A stretch of DNA of 64,000 nt from the NCBI GenBank assembly GCA_964410125.1, contig CAYPGQ010000006.1, forward strand, positions 29,194 through 93,193. The letters run 5' to 3'. This DNA is from an uncultured Eubacteriales bacterium. GTDB taxonomy: Bacteria > Acidobacteriota > Aminicenantia > Aminicenantales > Aminicenantaceae. Numbering within the stretch: the first letter of the stretch is position 1; each line of letters begins with the position of its first letter. Below the pieces are notes generated by a model, which saw only the letters and a program-made list of their open reading frames with translations, had not been told where the DNA came from and searched no databases. Below, one piece after another: positions 20,034-28,773 of the stretch. The position numbers and the translations under genes were made by a program.

Positions 20034-21403
20034 AATCCAAATCTCATTCCCAGATAAAATTCCCTTTTTTCCGATAACGTGAAATCATCCAATCCCACAA
20101 GGATATGAACATATTTGGAGGCTACAAAGCTTGTCCAGGCCCGAAACCGGGGCCGTGGATTTCGGTTGAAATCGAAGCTCTCGAGCGTGAATATCACCCT
20201 GTCTTTGAATGCATACAAATCCAACCCGACACCGAACTTAGATTCCATGATCCCGGCTCGAGGAGCAAAAACACCCCAGCGGATTCCCCCCTGGGCAGAA
20301 TATGTGAATTTATCCTGCCAGGGATCCCTAACGATTTGGGCGAGCAAAAACTTGTCAGAGGTGGGCCAAAACCCAACAGAAAGGGCCCCTCTGAACAATT
20401 CGCTCTTGGCGAAATACTCTGCCCTTAATCCCATATCCACTCGCAAACTTGAAGCCGGGGTTATAACAGCTTGCACATCTTTTATGGTTTTTTCCGTCCT
20501 CTCGTACAGGCTCGGATCTTCGATCAGTTTTCCCAGCGTGCCTTCTCCTTTATTTATCTTTTCCAAGGATTCGCTCAGAGTTTTTAAGGCCTCTTCCGTC
20601 CTGGATATCAATTCCTTGATCCCCTCTAAATTTCCTTTCAGATTTCCCCTGTTCTCCTCTACCGTATCCTTAAGGAGATGGATGAGTTCATCCAGATTCT
20701 GTGAGATAGATTGGACATCCTGATCAAAGGTATCTATCGCCTGCGCAGCCTTATCCAGGCTCTGGGTAACATGAGGCTTGCTTTCACTGAGAAATTCATT
20801 AAGCTCTGCTGATACCATGGAAAGGTTTTGGAGAATTTCCTTTATATTTACACGTGCCTCACCCTCTCCTAACAAATCTCGCAAGGCCTTGCTTGTGCTT
20901 TTGATGTCGTCCCCGACAGAAGAGAGGATTATCCCCAATTGATCAAAACTAACCGGGGGTAAACTCCCGATCGTTCCTCCGGATTGCGCGATTTCATCTT
21001 TTGCACCCGGTGTTATTTCGATATACTTTTCTCCCAAAAGTCCGAGGGAGGCCAGAGTAGCCTTGGAATCCCGCCTGATCTCGACTTGCGGATTGATCTC
21101 CATGGCGACTTCTGCCTTGCTGCCTTTGAGACTGATGGCCTTAACAGCGCCCACCTTTACACCTGCCATGCGGACCACGGTCTTTTTTTCCAAACCAGCC
21201 ACTGTGCCAAAATGGGTGTACAGCGTATAGCCTTTCTGCTCGAACAGCGTGCTGAAATCTCCCACCACAAAAATAAACACCGCAAGGATGATCAGGCCAA
21301 CCGCCAGGAAAATACCGACTTTTATTTCCTGCCGAAAACCTTTCTTCTGGCTTTCATCCGGATACCCTGGCTCTTCCTTTTTCCTTTTTTTGAATATGCC
21401 CAT
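20030..21403 (-). CDS. MlaD/MCE-domain protein with a long coiled-coil and a beta-rich C-terminal extension
   Basis: An N-terminal TM segment and an MCE domain (VRMAGVKVGAVKAISL) are present. It lies adjacent to mlaF and mlaE. Confidence 0.8.
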   Translation of the reverse strand: MGIFKKRKKEEPGYPDESQKKGFRQEIKVGIFLAVGLIILAVFIFVVGDFSTLFEQKGYTLYTHFGTVAGLEKKTVVRMAGVKVGAVKAISLKGSKAEVAMEINPQVEIRRDSKATLASLGLLGEKYIEITPGAKDEIAQSGGTIGSLPPVSFDQLGIILSSVGDDIKSTSKALRDLLGEGEARVNIKEILQNLSMVSAELNEFLSESKPHVTQSLDKAAQAIDTFDQDVQSISQNLDELIHLLKDTVEENRGNLKGNLEGIKELISRTEEALKTLSESLEKINKGEGTLGKLIEDPSLYERTEKTIKDVQAVITPASSLRVDMGLRAEYFAKSELFRGALSVGFWPTSDKFLLAQIVRDPWQDKFTYSAQGGIRWGVFAPRAGIMESKFGVGLDLYAFKDRVIFTLESFDFNRNPRPRFRAWTSFVASKYVHILVGLDDFTLSEKREFYLGMRFGF

Positions 21404-21437
21404 TTAAATTTCTCTTATGTAAAATTTTCTTGATATG

Positions 21438-22190
21438 CTACCAATTTTCTATCGGTCCCTCGGCCGCCCCAGTGATAAACTGTTGGATTATAGAATTATT
21501 AGAGTCTCTGATCTCTGCGGGGGGACCGGTGGCGAGGATCTTTCCTTGATAGAGCATGGCAACCCGGTCCGCCACCTTATAAGTGCTGACCATGTCGTGC
21601 GTTATAACAATAGACGTTACTTTCAGGTCATTTTTCATCTGTATGATCAAATTATTTATCGCATCCGCCCTTATCGGATCGATCCCGGTCGAGGGTTCAT
21701 CATACAGAATAATTTCTGGCTTGTAGGCAATGGCCCGGGCTAGACCGACCCTTTTCCTCATCCCTCCGCTCAACTCAAATGGCATCAGGTTTTCAACTCC
21801 CCTCAATCCCACGCGATGGAGCGCCTGGCGTGCCATCTGTTCGATCATCTGATGGGTGTGTTCTGTATACCTTTCCAGGCCAAAGCTGACATTCTGCAAA
21901 ACCGTCAGGGAATCAAAAAGGGCCGCCCCTTGGAAAATCATTGCGAACTTGCGCCGGACCTTGTAGCGTTCCTCTTCGCTCAAACTTGTGATCTCCACTC
22001 CATCCACATAGATTTCGCCCCTATCCGGCATGATGAGGCCGATCAAGTGTTTAATCAAAATGCTTTTCCCGGAACCACTCTGTCCTATGATGACCAAAGT
22101 TTCGCCTCTTTCGACCTCCAAGTTTATGCCTTGAAGGACCTTATTTCCTCCAAAGGATTTATGCAAGTCAATAATGCGTATCATCATCAC
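21438..22190 (-). CDS. mlaF: ABC transporter ATP-binding protein (MlaF-like)
   Basis: Walker A GQSGSGKS, signature LSGGMRKRVGLARA and Walker B ILYDEPSTGID are present. Confidence 0.88.
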   Translation of the reverse strand: MMMIRIIDLHKSFGGNKVLQGINLEVERGETLVIIGQSGSGKSILIKHLIGLIMPDRGEIYVDGVEITSLSEEERYKVRRKFAMIFQGAALFDSLTVLQNVSFGLERYTEHTHQMIEQMARQALHRVGLRGVENLMPFELSGGMRKRVGLARAIAYKPEIILYDEPSTGIDPIRADAINNLIIQMKNDLKVTSIVITHDMVSTYKVADRVAMLYQGKILATGPPAEIRDSNNSIIQQFITGAAEGPIENW

Positions 22191-22969
22191 AAATCCGCAG
22201 GCAGCGCTTTACTGAGAAAAAAGTTGAATATGAGAATAAGAATGCTGGAGATAACCACAGCCCTGGTGGTGGCCCTGCCCACGCCCTCAGCACCCGCCTC
22301 AGTCTTCAAGCCTTGCCAACACCCGATGATGGCGATAATACCTCCGAAGAAGGCTGCCTTGATCAAGCCGCTCCCTACATCCCAAAACTCCATGTAAAGC
22401 AAGGTGTTCCTTATGTATACAAACCGATTCACGCCCATGACAATAACGTTATAAAAATAACCCCCAAATATGCCGATGATGTCTCCATACAGGGTCAAAC
22501 AGGGCAGCATGACAATACAGGCCAGGGTCCGGGGAACCACGAGATAACGGATTGGATCGGCTCCTAGGCTGACAAGGGCATCGATTTGCTCTGTGATCCG
22601 CATGGTGCCTATTTCGGCAGCCATCGAAGAGCCAACCCTTCCGGAAACCATCAGCCCCACCAGGATCGGGATCAATTCTTTGGAAAGGCTCAAGGAAATA
22701 ATCGGGCCTCCGTATGCCTCGGATCCTGGCCCGATTAAGCGGTGAAACCCGGCATAGGTCTGGAGTCCGAAAACAAGCCCACTAAAAGCAGCAGTGAGAG
22801 AAACAACGGGAAGAGATCGAACCCCGACCTCTTCGAGTTGGTAGATGAAAATTTCCCATTCCCATGGCTTTTTAAAGGTTCTCCTTATCGTTTGTCCAAG
22901 GAGAACCCCCACTTCTCCGATCTGTTGCAAAAAAAACAACAAAAACGTTTGTCTTTGACGAGGACACAT
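22187..22969 (-). CDS. mlaE: ABC transporter permease (MlaE-like)
   Basis: This polytopic permease shows MlaE/YrbE-like conservation (ITEQIDAL, GAEGVGRATTRAVV). I set the start to ATG 22969, just after the dnaB stop. Confidence 0.82.
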   Translation of the reverse strand: MCPRQRQTFLLFFLQQIGEVGVLLGQTIRRTFKKPWEWEIFIYQLEEVGVRSLPVVSLTAAFSGLVFGLQTYAGFHRLIGPGSEAYGGPIISLSLSKELIPILVGLMVSGRVGSSMAAEIGTMRITEQIDALVSLGADPIRYLVVPRTLACIVMLPCLTLYGDIIGIFGGYFYNVIVMGVNRFVYIRNTLLYMEFWDVGSGLIKAAFFGGIIAIIGCWQGLKTEAGAEGVGRATTRAVVISSILILIFNFFLSKALPADL

Positions 22970-22970
22970 T

Positions 22971-24326
22971 TTATGCTTCGAAAGCTTGGAATTCCATATC
23001 TGCAAATCGCGCGTACTCTCGGATGAAGGCCAGGTTGACTATCCCAGTTGGACCGTTGCGTTGCTTGGCCACTATAATTTTGGCAATGCCCCTCAGGTTT
23101 TCGTCTTCGGGGCGATAGAATTCCGGCCGATAGACAAATATGACAACATCGGCATCCTGCTCGATCGCACCCGATTCTCTCAAATCAGAGAGCTGAGGAA
23201 GGGGCTCACGACGACCTTTTTCTGGAGCTCGGCTCAGCTGAGATATGCCGACAACAGGAAGCTGAAGTTCTTTGGCTAACTCTTTTAAGGAACGAGATAT
23301 ATAGGATATTTCCTGCGTTCTGTTCTCGAACCGACTGCCTGGGCGCATGAGTTGCATGTAATCGACAAAAACCAGGTCTAGATTGTGCTCCATTTTCAAA
23401 CGCCTCGCTTTGGCTTTCATCTCTATAACGGTAAGAGCTGCGCTTTCATCGATAAAAATTTTTGCCTTGGAGAGCTCTTCTGCACTCAATTTGAGTCTTT
23501 CGAATTCTCGTTCCCCGATAAATCCTGTCCTCACTTTTTTGATGTCCAGTTGGGCTTCGGCACACATCAAGCGTATGGCGATCTGTTCTTTGGCCATTTC
23601 GAGAGAGAAAAAGCCCACAGCAAAATCTGTCCGGAGGCCGATGTGTAAAGATGTGTTCAAACAAAGTGCTGTTTTTCCCATCGAGGGCCGCCCGGCCACA
23701 ACGATGAATTCAGAGTTGTGGTAGCCAGATGTCAGGCTATCCAGGTCCCGGAATCCGGCAGGTATGCCGGTCACGGCATCCTGTCGGCCTCGAAGGGAAT
23801 CTATGACGTCGAGCACAGGTTCTGTCAAGGCCCCGACTGGGACAAAACCGGGTTTGATTCTTTGCTCCGCGACTTCGATGATAGAAGCCTGTGCCTCATC
23901 TAAAAGCTGGTCCGCATCCTCTCTCTGTTCATAACTGGAAGAGATGATCTTGGCTGAAGAAAGGATGAGACGTCTCAGGAGGGCTTTTTCCTTGATGATA
24001 TGAGCATAGTATTCCACATTCAGGCTTTTGGGCACACCATCCATGAGGGAAGAAAGATAGGAGGCGCCTCCGATTTCATCCAAGTCGCCAGCCTTTTTCA
24101 GCTCTTCGCTCAGAGAAAGCAAGTCCACCGGAAGACTCCTGTCAACCAACTGGGCAATTTTTTCCAGTATCTTCCGGTTTCCTTCTTTGTAAAAATCTTC
24201 GATGGAGAGGATGGACAAAACGACATTGAGGTTTTTGTTATTGATAAGGATCCCCCCCAAAATGGTTTTTTCCGCTTCTGGACTATGGGGTGGCGTTTTT
24301 TTCAAAAACATCAAGTCCAGTTCCAT
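22971..24326 (-). CDS. dnaB: replicative DNA helicase
   Basis: PHSPEAEKTILGGIL, Walker A GRPSMGKTA, VDYMQLM and SQLSRAPE motifs are present. Confidence 0.93.
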   Translation of the reverse strand: MELDLMFLKKTPPHSPEAEKTILGGILINNKNLNVVLSILSIEDFYKEGNRKILEKIAQLVDRSLPVDLLSLSEELKKAGDLDEIGGASYLSSLMDGVPKSLNVEYYAHIIKEKALLRRLILSSAKIISSSYEQREDADQLLDEAQASIIEVAEQRIKPGFVPVGALTEPVLDVIDSLRGRQDAVTGIPAGFRDLDSLTSGYHNSEFIVVAGRPSMGKTALCLNTSLHIGLRTDFAVGFFSLEMAKEQIAIRLMCAEAQLDIKKVRTGFIGEREFERLKLSAEELSKAKIFIDESAALTVIEMKAKARRLKMEHNLDLVFVDYMQLMRPGSRFENRTQEISYISRSLKELAKELQLPVVGISQLSRAPEKGRREPLPQLSDLRESGAIEQDADVVIFVYRPEFYRPEDENLRGIAKIIVAKQRNGPTGIVNLAFIREYARFADMEFQAFEA

Positions 24327-24337
24327 CTTTCCCCCTC

Positions 24338-25090
24338 TTATGATTCTTTTGTTTCTTCTGTGTTGTCTTCGTTCGACTCCTCAGTTTTTTTTTCGGGAAC
24401 AGCCTCTTGCTCTTCTTCGGGTTCCTCTATCTTCTCCTCCGGGGTTTCTTGTGTCGTTTCGGCCTGATTTTTTATTTCTTCCAGATTTTCTTTTTCCTCT
24501 TTTACCTTATCCACGGCAAGTTCTTCCTTTTTTTCTTGTTCTGGTTTTGCCGGGCGTTCTTCTTTTTCATCTTCCGCTTTCAGGCCTTCTTTTTCTTCGC
24601 TGATCTTCTCTTCACTCACGGCTGGTTTCTTTTCCTCGTATTCTGCCCCCTCTTTTTTCACTTCAATCTTGATCTCCGCCCGTTCATCATGGAAAACTTT
24701 GATCGGAACGGTGTAGTTTCCAAGCCGTTTTATGGGCTCTGCTAGTAATATCCTCTTTTTTTCTACTTCCATTCCCAGCTTCTCAAGAGCCTCTTTGATA
24801 TCCGTCGTACTAACTGACCCGAATATCACATCCTTGTCCCCTGCTTTCCTTCTAAATGATAAAAATGTCTGGTTGAGCTGATCGATCACGCTTTGAAAGG
24901 ATTGAACCTCCTGTTCCAGCTTTTTCCGCAAAGCCTTTTGCTTCATCTTGACCATTTTCAGGTTAGAAGGAGTGATCTGGAGGGCCAGTTTTCTTGGAAT
25001 GAGATAGTTCCTCCCGTAGCCGCGAGCCACATCGATGATGTCTCCTCTTTTTCCCAGATTTTCTATGTTCTCTTTCAGGATGATCTTCAT
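24338..25090 (-). CDS. rplI: 50S ribosomal protein L9 with an E/K-rich C-terminal extension of about 100 aa
   Basis: The N-terminus MKIILKENIENLGKRGDIIDVARGYGRNYLIPRKLA is a canonical L9. The tail is rich in E, K and P. Confidence 0.9.
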   Translation of the reverse strand: MKIILKENIENLGKRGDIIDVARGYGRNYLIPRKLALQITPSNLKMVKMKQKALRKKLEQEVQSFQSVIDQLNQTFLSFRRKAGDKDVIFGSVSTTDIKEALEKLGMEVEKKRILLAEPIKRLGNYTVPIKVFHDERAEIKIEVKKEGAEYEEKKPAVSEEKISEEKEGLKAEDEKEERPAKPEQEKKEELAVDKVKEEKENLEEIKNQAETTQETPEEKIEEPEEEQEAVPEKKTEESNEDNTEETKES

Positions 25091-25095
25091 TTTTC

Positions 25096-25353
25096 TCAGT
25101 CCTCAACATAAGGGAGTAAAGCCAGCAACCGGGCCCTTTTTATGGCTGTGGAAAGCTTTCGCTGATGGAAAGAGCAAGTGCCTGTTACCCGCCTAGGGGC
25201 GATTTTCCCTCGTTCAGGGACATATCTCTTCAGGATTTCTACATTTTTATAGTCGATGTCCTTGATGTTTCTTTCACAGAAACGGCAGTATTTTCGCTTC
25301 GGTGGAAAGTATTTTCGGTAAGAACTTCTTTCTCTATGTTCTCTTGCCATCAT
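25096..25353 (-). CDS. rpsR: 30S ribosomal protein S18
   Basis: [39 protein letters not shown] matches the S18 pattern. Confidence 0.93.
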   Translation of the reverse strand: MMAREHRERSSYRKYFPPKRKYCRFCERNIKDIDYKNVEILKRYVPERGKIAPRRVTGTCSFHQRKLSTAIKRARLLALLPYVED

Positions 25354-25838
25354 TCTTTCTCCTCGGCTAATTTTTCAGGTTCAGGTTCTATCGCTTCAGG
25401 CAAGGCTTCAGGCTGTTTCTCCGGCTGTTTTTTCCTATTTTCTTCTGTCTCAGCAGTCTTCATTGCCCTCTTTTTCACTGTTTTTGTCTTTTCCTCTGCT
25501 GCTTTTATTTTTTCTCTTCTGCCCGTTTTTTTCTTTTTTCTCGGTTGGATTTGTGCGTCTTTTTTCAGGGTCAAATAGCGGAGGACCGTCTCCGTTTGTC
25601 GGAATCTTCTTTGGAGTTCTTGTGGAATATCCGGGTCTCCTTCGTAATGGAAAAACACATAAACCGCTTCATCAAGTTTGTCGATGGGATAGGCCAACCT
25701 TCTTTTTCCCCATTTTTCTATGTTGACCATTTTCCCTCTTTTTTTCTTCACCACCTCAGCCATTTTTTCGATAAGCTTCTCCGTTTCTTCTTCTTCCAGT
25801 TTAGGGGTGATGAGGAAGGCTGTTTCGTATTGTCTCAT
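25350..25838 (-). CDS. rpsF: 30S ribosomal protein S6 with a K/E-rich C-terminal extension
   Basis: [10 protein letters not shown]...[14 protein letters not shown] matches S6. A low-complexity tail of about 65 aa follows. Confidence 0.9.
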   Translation of the reverse strand: MRQYETAFLITPKLEEEETEKLIEKMAEVVKKKRGKMVNIEKWGKRRLAYPIDKLDEAVYVFFHYEGDPDIPQELQRRFRQTETVLRYLTLKKDAQIQPRKKKKTGRREKIKAAEEKTKTVKKRAMKTAETEENRKKQPEKQPEALPEAIEPEPEKLAEEKE

Positions 25839-25861
25839 GAATACCTCCTTATGGATTTAAA

Positions 25862-25891
25862 GCTCCTTCTTTTACAGAAGGAACAAGGAGC
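25862..25891 (-). promoter_or_regulatory. hairpin in the rpsF 5' leader (two mutually exclusive stems)
   Basis: On the mRNA strand, GCUCCUU...AAGGAGC forms an outer stem and CCUUCU-GUAAA-AGAAGG an inner stem. The structure ends 23 nt before the rpsF ATG, just upstream of the AAGGAGG RBS. Confidence 0.35.
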
Positions 25892-25962
25892 TTTTTTTTA
25901 ACTCGATCTCAGGACAATAAGACAGGATAGTATATTAAGCCTTTTCTGTCCATCTTTTTTAT

Positions 25963-26082
25963 CCTGAATTATTTATTAAAACGGCTGATTTCCTCATTAA
26001 TTTTCATGAAAACTGAATTTTAAAATAATCCTAAAATACAATCAGCCGTTTTTACCCTTCGGGCGAGCCAATCTTACTGCAT
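25963..26082. repeat. intergenic repeat element of about 120 nt, copy A
   Basis: It starts CCTGAATTATTTATTAAAACGGCTGATT. It has an internal inverted repeat (AACGGCTGATT/AATCAGCCGTT). It ends TTTTTACCCTTCGGGCGAGCCAATCTTACTGCAT. Copy B at 47786-47902 has the same ends and the same length. Confidence 0.7.
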
Positions 26083-26179
26083 ATGAATTTTTTATAAAGG
26101 TTCTCTCCCATATTGTGTCGGTAAACTTAAAGGCTAAAGTCTATAAGGCATGTCCTGAGCGACATTGAGGATTTAGCCT

Positions 26180-28018
26180 TCATGAACCGTCATTCGAGGG
26201 TACCCTCATCTTTGTCTTATTAATACTAGACTTACTTGTACCACCACTACCTTTAGGATTGCCTCCCTTTTTGATTATGGATTCCATCTCTCTTTCCCAC
26301 TTTCCAAACAGCAGTTTAAACGGCTCAGTTAGCTCGAATGTGATATGACCAATCTTGCGAAAATCCTCAGGCTCGATATCCTTGAATTTTGTTAGCCAGC
26401 CTTTCCTCAGTCGTATGTCTTTGAATACCTGCATAAGCAATCTACGCTGATTCCTGGGATGAAGTTTCTCATACTCCTCACCTAGGCTTACAAAGGCATC
26501 CAAAACCTGAAATAGCTCGTTGGTATCGACTTGCTTTTCCTCCGCAATTCCGTCCAGTTCTTCCTTTGCCTTTTCAATATCAGACTCGATTTGGTCTATT
26601 ACCTTTTTAATCCCTTCCGCATATTTGCCCGAATCTGCAAGGGCTAGGTTTTTATAAGCCTTAGTCTGATCCCTCTCGAGCTTATCAATTCGGTTTCGTA
26701 ACGGTTCCCTGCGTGCTTCATTGGCCTTTACCCTTTCTTCCCAATCGGCTTGCATCTGCTCAATAATGGGTTTTATTACCTTCCGGTCTTTGCTGAATTC
26801 CAAGAGCTTCATTTTAATAGCTTCATCTATTGAGCTTGTAGCCCAATACAACTGTGGGCAGTTGACTATCTTCTGTTGCTTTTTGCTGAATCCCTTTCCA
26901 ACCACCCTCACCTTTCTTTCACTAACTCCGCTGTGGTTTTCTCCGAAGTGCTTTTTATACCAATCACTGTCCCGATCTTTTTTCCCGTAGGTGCATCGAT
27001 AGCTAACTATTGTTCCTTTTGGCTTTCCATAATTTGCCGATACATCATTGGGCGTCATTCTACAACCACAGTAATCACAAGTGAGAATCCCTTGTAATTT
27101 GTGCCGATCTTGGCTTGTGCTTGCCGTATGGCGGGTGGAATACTTAACGGCTCGTTCCTCAATGATTTTCTGGACCTTCTCAAACAACGCTTTGCTAATC
27201 AATGGCTTATAGTTTCCCTTCCAAACTGCTGGCTCTCCTGTTGTTGGATGCTCCCATTGAAACTCTCCTGTATAAACCCGTTTCTTCAATAAAGAATTTA
27301 CATCCTTCCTGGATATGGGTCTCGGTTCATTCCCAGCCGTAGGCTTCATCGTTAAACCATCGTCTCTAAGCACTTTTGCCACCTCATCCCCGCTGAGATC
27401 CATATTAGAATACAGCTCGAACATCTTTTTTACCCCAGGAGCGCGTAAATCGTCGTAAACCAAGGTTTTTCCCTTGCTATCGTTCAGATATCCTGTTGGT
27501 GCAAAGCCTGGGAACTCTCCTCTTTCCAATTTCATCAGAATTGTGCGTTTTACAGCCTCGCTTTTCCTGGCTGATTCTCCCTCAGCGCGGAACCATTCTT
27601 GCTGATACAACTGCACTACCCAATATTCCGATTTGCTATTAAGGGGTGGTAATCCTGGGCATAGGATTTCCAAGAGCCCTTCCTCACGGCATTTTTGCAT
27701 AATATCAAATGTGGATTTGTGGAATACTTTGCGGGTAAGTCTGTCCTGATCGTCAACAATTATAGCTACTGTTTCTCCTTTCTTTTTCGCATAGGAAATT
27801 ATCTCATTTACAGCCGCTACAAACTTTTTTCTCTTTCCCTTAAAAGCCGATTCTGGAAACTGAAACTGTTTAACTATTTTCAGCTTTTTTTGTTTAACGA
27901 AATCGTTCAACCTTTTTAATTGAATGGGAATGCCGTAACGATCGTCTTGGAGTTGCTCTGGGGTGGAAACCCGTGCGATTATAAACCCCTCTTTGCTAAT
28001 TATTTCTTGTCTTGGCAT
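26180..28018 (-). CDS. large serine recombinase (integrase)
   Basis: The 612-aa protein has an N-terminal resolvase catalytic domain (IARVSTPEQLQDDRYG), a recombinase domain, a Cys-rich zinc ribbon (CDYCGC...C) and a coiled-coil region. Confidence 0.88.
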   Translation of the reverse strand: MPRQEIISKEGFIIARVSTPEQLQDDRYGIPIQLKRLNDFVKQKKLKIVKQFQFPESAFKGKRKKFVAAVNEIISYAKKKGETVAIIVDDQDRLTRKVFHKSTFDIMQKCREEGLLEILCPGLPPLNSKSEYWVVQLYQQEWFRAEGESARKSEAVKRTILMKLERGEFPGFAPTGYLNDSKGKTLVYDDLRAPGVKKMFELYSNMDLSGDEVAKVLRDDGLTMKPTAGNEPRPISRKDVNSLLKKRVYTGEFQWEHPTTGEPAVWKGNYKPLISKALFEKVQKIIEERAVKYSTRHTASTSQDRHKLQGILTCDYCGCRMTPNDVSANYGKPKGTIVSYRCTYGKKDRDSDWYKKHFGENHSGVSERKVRVVGKGFSKKQQKIVNCPQLYWATSSIDEAIKMKLLEFSKDRKVIKPIIEQMQADWEERVKANEARREPLRNRIDKLERDQTKAYKNLALADSGKYAEGIKKVIDQIESDIEKAKEELDGIAEEKQVDTNELFQVLDAFVSLGEEYEKLHPRNQRRLLMQVFKDIRLRKGWLTKFKDIEPEDFRKIGHITFELTEPFKLLFGKWEREMESIIKKGGNPKGSGGTSKSSINKTKMRVPSNDGS

Positions 28019-28317
28019 GGTTCCTCCTCACCCTCTTCACAAGCGATATGCTCGCGCAATTCTTTCACCGTATCAGAAAAGTTTACCATACAGCCTAGAA
28101 ACGATCCACTCTCCTCAGCTAGGTTATTCGTGATACTGGTGTGCCAATACGATCGAGCCCGTTCCCAAATCAGGTGATTTTCCCGGCTTAACTCGGTTAT
28201 AAGGTCCTTCATTTCCTCTAGCTGACCTAATATGTTGTCTCGAAGCTCCTCAAGCCTATTAACCGCTAAAACCTTGTCTTCCTTATCTAAAATAATCATG
28301 TTAATTCTCCTTTTCAA
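28000..28317 (-). CDS. hypothetical protein (island)
   Basis: The 105-aa ORF is co-oriented with the integrase gene and overlaps its start. No motif was recognised. Confidence 0.45.
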   Translation of the reverse strand: MKRRINMIILDKEDKVLAVNRLEELRDNILGQLEEMKDLITELSRENHLIWERARSYWHTSITNNLAEESGSFLGCMVNFSDTVKELREHIACEEGEEEPCQDKK

Positions 28318-28591
28318 ATAACGTGGAAATAATTGAATCGACGTCTTCAGGGATTACCGCATACAGGCTTTTGACGCCATGGACGATTCGCTGAACCAGC
28401 AGGTAATCGTTAGGAGCATGCGCCATTTGGGTAGGCCACATTTTCCTTACGGCATCCCCAAAGCCCAGCACCTTTCCAATCATTAGGGTATTTGCGCCTG
28501 TCCACTCATTCATTGCCCAGAAACGAATCTGGTCACCTTTCCTTGGCTTTTGTTTTTTCTTTTCCTCCATTGTGTTCACCATTTTGTTCAC
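28301..28591 (-). CDS. hypothetical protein (island)
   Basis: The 96-aa ORF is co-oriented and overlaps the downstream ORF by 17 nt. Confidence 0.45.
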   Translation of the reverse strand: MNKMVNTMEEKKKQKPRKGDQIRFWAMNEWTGANTLMIGKVLGFGDAVRKMWPTQMAHAPNDYLLVQRIVHGVKSLYAVIPEDVDSIISTLFEKEN

Positions 28592-28773
28592 CTTTTTATT
28601 TTATAATAAGTTTCATTATGTGAAAAATCAAGGAGCTTTCAAAAATAATTTAAAATCGGAAGGAATTAGCCCCGAAATACGCTGTATTTGGCGTTCTACG
28701 TTTATTTACGAAAAGAAGGAGTATTTATCCATAGGATAAGGTTGAGGGAATGTAAAGTGTGCGTATAGCGTGG

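Noticed and set aside
24202-24745. Plus-strand ORFs rich in F, L and S lie opposite the L9 tail.
   Set aside because: They are reverse-complement artefacts of the GAA/AAG-rich sequence that encodes the E/K tail.
25963-26100. A CRISPR-like array was considered, because the CNTGAATTATTTATAAAA motif recurs at 25963 and 26082 and at 47786 and 47997.
   Set aside because: There are only two copies per locus, with unequal spacing (about 120 and about 210 nt). The repeats are A/T-rich and degenerate, and no cas genes are present.
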